A DNA stretch of 51,705 nucleotides, from positions 1 through 51,705 of the IMG/VR virus record IMGVR_UViG_3300048834_000253; one strand, written 5' to 3'. Position 1 is the first letter of the stretch. Every line of letters starts with the position of its first letter. Shown piece after piece: positions 8,890 to 16,600 of this stretch. The stretch comes from a virus. Lineage: Duplodnaviria; Caudoviricetes. The notes under the pieces are model-generated. The model did not search any database. It worked only from the letters and a program-made list of their open reading frames with translations, and was not told the origin of the DNA. Both the position numbers and the translations under genes were made by a program.

Positions 8890-9873
8890 TCAGGCTGCTG
8901 CCAGGCGCTTGCGTCGGAAGAAGTCCAGCGATGCCTCGAAGTCGTCTTCGGGTGGCATCCCGCCCTTGGCTCCGCTGTTGCGGGAGGGCAGGCCGACAGC
9001 GGCTTGCAGCCGTGCGGCGTTCGTGCTGGCCTTCTGCGCTGCGGGCGCTGCTGGCTGGTTGGGTGTTTGCGCAATCGATGGACGGCCCGACCGGCGCAGG
9101 TGTGCGTCGTAGGAATCCATCACTGCGATGGCTTCATCAGGGGTTTGGCCCCGGTAGAAAGCCACTTGGGTGGTCTGCGGTTGAGCCTTGATCCAAGCGC
9201 CGAATTCGGGGCTTTGAACCACGGCTGTGGCTGTGGGGTAGGTGGACTGGAACGTGCCCATTGCGGCCTCGTAGGCGGCGGTGCGTTGTTCCTGCGCCTT
9301 CTGCTGCTGCTCGGCCCGCAGCTCTTCAAGTGGTTCAACCACTTGGGCGGCGGCCTGTTTGGCAACATGGGCGGCTTTCGTCTCGATCTCGCGCATGGAC
9401 TCTTGCAGAGCCCCCACGATCCCCGACAACTCCGGAAAGTCTTTGAGCTTTTCAGACAGCTCGGCCAGCTTTGCAGCGGCACCCTCGACAACTGGCGTAC
9501 CTGTGGCAGGGGCCTGTTTCAGTCGGGCGTTCTCCTGCCTGATCTGCTCCAGTTGCGCGCGGGTTTCGTTCAGGTGACGATTGAGGTGCTTGACGCGGCC
9601 AATCTCGCTTTGCGCTCTGTGCAATTCCTCTTGGGTCTTGCGCAACGTCTCGGCGGGGTCTTCCTTGGCGGCAGGCTGCGATTCAGCGGCTGGGCTGTCT
9701 GCTGCTGGCGTTGTGCTGGCATCAGTGGGAGGATCGGTGGCAACCGGTGCGGCGGCGGGCTGATCCACTTGCGTGGTGGCCAGCGCTGCGTCTTGTGGTT
9801 CAGATTTCTCAGTGCGCAGTTCAGCCAAGGCTGCTGCCATCTGGTCTTCGTCGCTCAAGAGTTCAGTGCTCAT
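8890..9873 (-). CDS. Scaffolding protein
   Basis: Acidic Ala/Gln-rich coiled coil directly upstream of the capsid gene. Confidence 0.7.
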   Translation of the reverse strand: MSTELLSDEDQMAAALAELRTEKSEPQDAALATTQVDQPAAAPVATDPPTDASTTPAADSPAAESQPAAKEDPAETLRKTQEELHRAQSEIGRVKHLNRHLNETRAQLEQIRQENARLKQAPATGTPVVEGAAAKLAELSEKLKDFPELSGIVGALQESMREIETKAAHVAKQAAAQVVEPLEELRAEQQQKAQEQRTAAYEAAMGTFQSTYPTATAVVQSPEFGAWIKAQPQTTQVAFYRGQTPDEAIAVMDSYDAHLRRSGRPSIAQTPNQPAAPAAQKASTNAARLQAAVGLPSRNSGAKGGMPPEDDFEASLDFFRRKRLAAA

Positions 9874-9939
9874 CGTTCCTTCGGCATGGCCCTTGTCGGG
9901 TCAGAGGCGGTTGACACCAGGCAAATCGCCTGTGAGGTC

Positions 9940-9985
9940 AATGTCTTAGGAAGGAGTGCGCGCGGGGAGTGGCGGCATATATGCC
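9940..9985 (-). promoter_or_regulatory. Putative late promoter 3 (scaffold/capsid)
   Basis: GGCATATATGCC at 9974-9985, 28-nt spacer, then GACATT. Confidence 0.7.
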
Positions 9986-10021
9986 GTTTGCGCTACGATG
10001 AGTGCAACCTTTGGAGGTGCT

Positions 10022-10600
10022 ATGCGTGCTTTAAGAATCGGCGGGTTGATATGTGCGGCTGCTTTGCTTGGGTGCGGCTCCGCGTCAGCTCAGTTGGCCG
10101 ATACTGTCTTTATCACGGTGCACAGCCAGCCTGAAGGCGCGTACATAACAGACATGCTGAAGCATGCGGGCGGCATAGCCCCGCAGGTCTACAGCTACCC
10201 TGCGTCACAGTTCAAAAAAGATGACAACGGTTGCATCTATACGTATGGATTTGACGCCCGTTGGGGAAGTGGGGCTGCAGCGTCGAGCACGAAGTCCATC
10301 CTCCTGTGCCCATCGGCATCAAAAGACCAGTTCTACGTAATCCTTAAACGCGATCCGTCCGCCCCTGGATTGGACAAGGATCTTCGTTTTTCCATGGAGC
10401 TCGCTGACCGCAAGCAGAACGCCGCCGCTCAAGTGCAAGCTGAAAAAGATCGCCGCGAAAACGCCATGATTGAAGGGCTTGCCGAAGGGTTCGCGGGGGC
10501 TATGGGTGCTAGGGCTGCAAGGCAGCCCGTGCAAGTTGCCCCTTTGCGCTGCACTTCCAAACGGACTATCAGCGGCTCCGTGGATACTGTGTGCGAATGA
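10022..10600 (+). CDS. Moron: exported protein with signal peptide and PEGA-like start
   Basis: Opposite strand to the late genes. GGAGG SD before ATG 10022, signal peptide MRALRIGGLICAAALLGCGSASA, and TVHSQPEGAYI motif. Confidence 0.75.
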   Translation: MRALRIGGLICAAALLGCGSASAQLADTVFITVHSQPEGAYITDMLKHAGGIAPQVYSYPASQFKKDDNGCIYTYGFDARWGSGAAASSTKSILLCPSASKDQFYVILKRDPSAPGLDKDLRFSMELADRKQNAAAQVQAEKDRRENAMIEGLAEGFAGAMGARAARQPVQVAPLRCTSKRTISGSVDTVCE

Positions 10601-10612
10601 CTGCATGCGCAG

Positions 10613-13600
10613 TTAGTTTGCCGATTTCTCCATCTCCATCACCTTGTCATTGAGCGCCCGCATGTAGGTCGTTCTCGCCGCGTCAATGCGCTTGAGGGCT
10701 TCCTTGTCGTTGATGCTCTCTGACGCCAGCTTGTTGAGCTTGGTGACATTGCTGCGCACCTCGTCGTTCAGCTCGTACAGCTTCACCAGCGGGTTATCGT
10801 CAATCAGCTTGCGCACCTCATCGCCCCGGCCCTCTTTGGACAGGCCCTTGAGCTGCGCTTCCAGCTTCTCGATCTTGCTGGAGTTCTTGAAGAACCGGCT
10901 GCGCTGCAGGTCTTGGTCTTCCACCTCGCCAGCGAATCGACTCCCCAGCGGAACCTCGCGCGCCTTCAGGCCTTCGCCCTGGGCGGTCAGCACCGATGCG
11001 TTCAGGATCTTTTCCAGCTCCCGGAACACGCCACCGCCCACCGTGGTGAAGACGTAGCGCACCTCTTCGGGTGAAGGGCTGGCAAGCCCTTGGGCAAAGT
11101 CGTTCCCACCAGTCAGGCTGTTGATGGCCTTGCTGATGCCGATGTACGCCTGGCCGGTGAACGACCGCTGCGTGCCCTCGCGGCCCATGGTGAAGCCGGG
11201 CCGGGTGTCCCACGGCATGCGCTCCTTACCGATGGGCTTGCCGGTAAAGTCCGTATTGGTGGCCATATCCACGATGGGATCAATCACAGTGGGCGAGATC
11301 GTCTTGAGCGCGCCTGCTCCAGTGAAGATGTTGCCGCCACCCAGGGGGTTGAACGACCCCGCCAGCTCGCCCAAGGCGTTAAAAGACTTCTCGCCCCAAT
11401 CCTTGCCACCGCTCATCAGCAATTCGGTGACCACGCGCCCGGTGTTGGGCAGCGCATTCAGGCCGAACTGCAACGGGATGGTGATGTACTGCTTGCCAGC
11501 CAGAGGAATGATGAAGGCGCGGGCCTTGACGAACTCGGGGATTTCATCGTCCTCATACCCGGCCATGGACAGCAGCAGCGCCTGAATCACGCCCAGGCTC
11601 AGGCCGCCGATCAAAATGCGCTTGCCCGCAGGCCCTTGCAGCGCCTTGAGCGTGCGCGCCGTCCCCTGCACCGATGCGTTGAAGAAGGCGAACAGCGGCC
11701 CCATCTCGCGCCCTGCCCGCCCCTTGCGGTTGAAGTCCAGCGTCAGCTCGCGCGCCATCCGGGCAGACTCGGCGCGGCTCATGCCCTTGTCCAGTGCAGC
11801 CTTGTACGCTGACAGACGCACACCGTTTTCCAACGTGGTGTTGAAGTCGTCCAGCAGGTCCAGCACCGCATGGGCAGCAGCGCCCGGCGTCAGCTTGCCA
11901 TCCTTACCCAACTTGTCCAATTCACTCTGCACGGCGTCGGCTCGCTTGTACGGGTCAATGAACAAATCGCGGTAGCCCGTGCGTCCGCCATCGTCCTGGA
12001 ACTGCTGCCACAGGTCCGACCATGGCGTGCGCTGCGCATCGCCCCTCAAGTCCCGCGCGATGCCAATCATTGCGGGGATGGAGTCGGACAGCACCCGCGC
12101 CTGTTTTCCGGCCAGGGCGGTGTCGGTCAGGTTGACCATCGCGCCGCCCACATCCCGCACGATGTTGACCATGCCGAATGCCGGGTTGTACTGCGTGTTG
12201 ATCGATGCAAAGTAGCGCGTGGCCTTGCCCACGATGCTGCCAGCCAGATCAAGCTGCCCCAGCACTCCATCCTGATTCTTCAGGTTGCGCACCAGTCGCA
12301 CCGCCCGCTCGTTGCTGGCGTTGAACAGAATCACACGATCCTCGCCGTTGACCTTGACCACCAGCGAATTGTCCAGCCGCTTGTACATTGGGTTGGGCCG
12401 GTCAACCACCTTGCCAGATACCGGCTCAACCCCGCGAATCGTGGGCACGCCCTGCATGCCTACCTCGGCTTCCATGGGGTCAACGCCCATCCTGACCAGT
12501 TCGTTCGCAATCTGGTCAGACGGCATGGATGGCCGAATGGTCGTCCACATTTCAGCGTTGGGGTTCGTCAGCGCCAGGCCGTACAGGCTCATGGCCACGC
12601 GGTTCTTTTCCGCCCGGGTAATGGCGGCTTCGCGCTGCATCAGGATGTGCGCCAGCATGTTGGTCACTTCGCCCGTGCTGCCGGTGGCCCGCTTGGATGC
12701 CGTCCCCGTCACGCTTACACCGGCCCCGATGGGGTGGCCCGGGGTTTCCATGGCCTCATCCTTGAACAGCGGCACGTAATGCTTGTACGCACCCGTCCAG
12801 GCGTCCACTGTCTCTTGCTTCTCCAGGCCCTCACGCACCAGCACTTCGCGTGTGCCCAGTGTCAAATCATCGACCCGCTTTGCCAGCAGCTCCAGCACCA
12901 GGCGCTTGCCCTGCGTCAGCGCTGCAATGTGGTCGCGCGCTGCTTGCGTGGTCATAAGCACGCCCTGGCTGTTGGTGCCTGCGCCGCCATCGGGCATCTC
13001 GTCGTTCACCTTGGCAATCTGCGCGTTGCGCTCGGGGGCGTGCCGGGCCAGCAGGTAATCCGACAGCTCATCCTGGCTGACGTTGTTCTTGGCCATCGAC
13101 TCCAGCAACGGCTTCACCTCGGCCGACAGGAACGACTCAGTGCGCCGCGCGATGCGTCCAGGCATCAGCGTTTCCGCCAGCCGGGCATCAAACCCTTCGG
13201 TGATCTGCTTGCCAGTCGCTGCAATAGCCTCTTGCACGCGCTTGAGGTCGATTCGCCCATCCTGCAGTTCGTAGATCAGCTTGTCGGTGCGGGTCGCTTG
13301 GGGAAGCTCCCACGGGTTGGAAGGGGCGAACAGGCCCGCTTGCGCGTTTGTGGGGATGGGGGGTGGGTTGTTGCCCGCTTTGCTGTAGAGCAGCCCAGGC
13401 ACATCCGTGCCCGCATGGTCGCGGGTAATCAGTGCGCGTTTGAGGGTTGAGACTCCGACTCCATGCGCCTCAAAGCCTCCGCGAGTGCTGGCGAGATAAC
13501 GTGCAAGTTCGGAATCCGACAGGCGATTGCCCTGAATGGCGGCTCCATTGCCCACGGCGTCAGCGTCTCGGGCTGGTGTGCCCACAACATCTTGTTCACG

Positions 13601-16600
13601 CCCGTCAAATCGTCGTGGATTTTTCTTGCCTGCTGCAAGTCGCATTTCAAGTTCTGCGAGATTACCAGCGCCGATTCCTCCCGATTCATTTGCACCAATT
13701 CGGCCATCCACGGGTGCGCCGTCGCCCAGTCTTTGCCCCTCTGGCTCCAGTACGGTGCCGCCTCTGGAGTAAACGTCCCCCGTGGCGGGGTCAATTTCAA
13801 GGAATTTGAATACAGGGATGCGCTCATTTACTTTCTCCAGTTCGGCTTGTGCGTAATTCAGCCATCCAGCACCCCGCGCCATACTCCGCGCATTGGCCCG
13901 TGCCACCGCAGCAATGTCGGCCACGGTCAGTTGGTCAGCCTTCAGCAGCACGCCCTTGCCAAACAACCATGCGCGCACAGCAGCCGTGAAGTCCTGCACC
14001 CACTTGGCTACCGATGGCGGCGAATTGGCGCGGTCGTTCTCGTACTCGGTGACGATGTAAGCCGCAGCTTCTTCACCGCTGGTTTCGCCCGAACGATCCA
14101 TGCGCGCCTGCACCCGCTGGATGAAGGCATTGCCACGGTCAGCACTCAGCAACTGAGCAGCCCGTTCAAACAGCGGCTGCAGCTTGCTGTCTGCGGCCAT
14201 GTGAATGCCCACCTCGTGCATCAGCGTGCCCGGTGCGGACTCGGCGGTCAGGTTGTCGGCAATCAGGAATGATTGGCCGGTCTGCGGGTCGAAAAAGCCC
14301 TCTATGGCGCCGTCTGCGCTGCGCTTGATGTCAAGGCTGTCTGCTGTGTCGCTTTGCGTGGCTGACAAAAGCGACTGCCTGATCGCCTCAGCATCCCCTC
14401 CCGTCTTGTCCGCCCTGGCCCGCGCTGCCGCCTCAATCGCCTGCTCCTGCGTCTGCGTCAGCGTGACAAGGCCCTTGGCTTCCAGCTGGCCCAGCAGCTT
14501 GCCGTAAGCCTTGGTGATAGCGGCGCGGATGGCGGCGGCGGGGGTGCGCATGGGTTGCACGGTGCGACTCATGGCAGCGCCTGCAGGCTTGATGCTGCTG
14601 GGCACCGCCTCGTCCACCAGGTACTGCAACGCCTGGCGCTTGGTGTCGAACCGGGTGTCGCCCCAAGGCTCGCCATCCTTGCCAAAGCGCGTCAGTTGCC
14701 AACGGCCTTGCTCACTGGCCGAAGGCGTCACGATCAACATGCGCCCATCGCTTGTGCGCGCCTCGACGGCAAACCCGCTGTCTGGTAGTTGGGCCAGCGC
14801 GTCCAGCATGGCAGCTTCTGCCGCCCGTCTGGCGTCGCCCACAGCGCTGAACTCTTCCGGGGTGACAGTGCCCGGCTCGGCGTCGTAAAGCGCATCTGCC
14901 CTGCGGCTAGCCTCTTCCATGGCGGCTGCTGCACTGCTGATGGCAGGTTGGGCGCGGCTGAAGCGCACATCGCCATTGCGCGCATTAAAGCGCTGACTCA
15001 GCGGGATCACTGCACCGTCATCATCGTGCGTCACGGCATCCAGCAGTTTGCGGTTGTTCTTGGTGTTCTTGTAGCCGTAGCTCTGTCCGTCGTCATAGCC
15101 GAACTCGGCCACGCTGTTGCCGTCCCAGTACAAGTTCTTGGCGGAGGCTGGGAGCGAAATGATGCGGTATCCACCAGGTATGCTTTCCCCTTCCAACTTG
15201 GCGTACTCAAGGGACGGGGTCACCCAGTCGCCATTGCGAATGGCGCCATCCTTCACGGTTTTGGGGATGGCCCGGTACACCACCATGGCCACCGAACCCG
15301 GGCTCTTGCCTGCCGCCTTGCGCGCATCCGCTGAGCGCATGGCAGCCACCACAGCGCGGTGCGCCGCGGCTTCTTCGGGCGTGCTCACGTACCACTGCGG
15401 GTGCGTCCAGTAATCATCAGGCACAAGCCCGTTGTCACGCAGCTCATCCAGCCGGACGCCATCGTTTTCTGCGCTGGGCGCTTCGTGCTGCATGCGGTAA
15501 TCGCTGCCCACGTATCCCGCCTCGGCAGCAGCCTCATTCACCAATCGCTGCGCAGTAGCCATATCGCCGCGCTCTACAGCGGCAAGGTACTCAGCATCCT
15601 TGTTGGGCTTCGCCTTCCGGCTGAACATCAGCCCGCCCTGCCCGCGATCCGCCATCGTGGCGTTGTACAGCGCAATCGCTTTCTGATTGATCTTGTCGAA
15701 TGCGACGTGCTCCAGCATCTCAGTGGGCGCGCGCTCAATTGACGTGGTGCCACGCGAGCGAATCACAGAGTAAAGCTGCGCGCCGATCCTGTCGCCGCCG
15801 AAGTCCTCTACGGTGACGATGTACTCTCCGCTGGCGTAACGCGCGTATGGCGTAGCCTCTTGGCGTTTGGTCATATCGCTCTTGACCATCTCGCGGGCGA
15901 TCACCTTGCCGGACGCGGGAAGTTGCGCCTCTTGCTGTCGTGCAGGCGCATCAAACATGCCGCCCTGCCCAGTCAGGCTATCCAGCGGGTCTTGCCCCAA
16001 CTCGAACTCATCAGCGGCGCGCACGCTGGCCTGGGCAATGCGCTTGCGGTCTTCGTCCTTCGATGCTTGCACGTCGGCAGCGCGCTTGGCTGCGGCTTCT
16101 GCCTTGGCGGCCTGCTCTTGCGATTCTTGGAGTGCCGCTGCTTCTGCGGGCGTTTGTGATGCCAGCTCCAGCGGTTCAGGCGCTACGTTTTCAGTAGCTG
16201 CTTGCGCTTGCTGGTCAAGCGCTACGGGCTGATTTAACCCTTGGGCTGCGGGGCCTGTTGCTGCTCCGCTTTGGCTTTGGCCTTCGCTGCCAGCAGGCGT
16301 GCGACGATCTCCATTGCTTCGGGTGATGGCTGTCTCAAGGGCGGATTTTGCGGCTGCATAGTAGTCCTGCTCGGTTGCGTTGATGGTCTGCTCATGGGCG
16401 TCGAGCATGATGGATTCGGCGTCGATGCCCAGCGCATTCGCCATTTCAAGCAATGCGCGCACCTCGGCCTTGATGGCGTCTGGTGCTGCATCGTACCCGC
16501 TGGATTCGAGCATGTCATCCGAGAAATCATCCAGTGCGACAGGTTGCGTATCGCTCCATGGGTCGCCATCGGATGCCGATTCTTCCTGCGCTGCAAGGTA

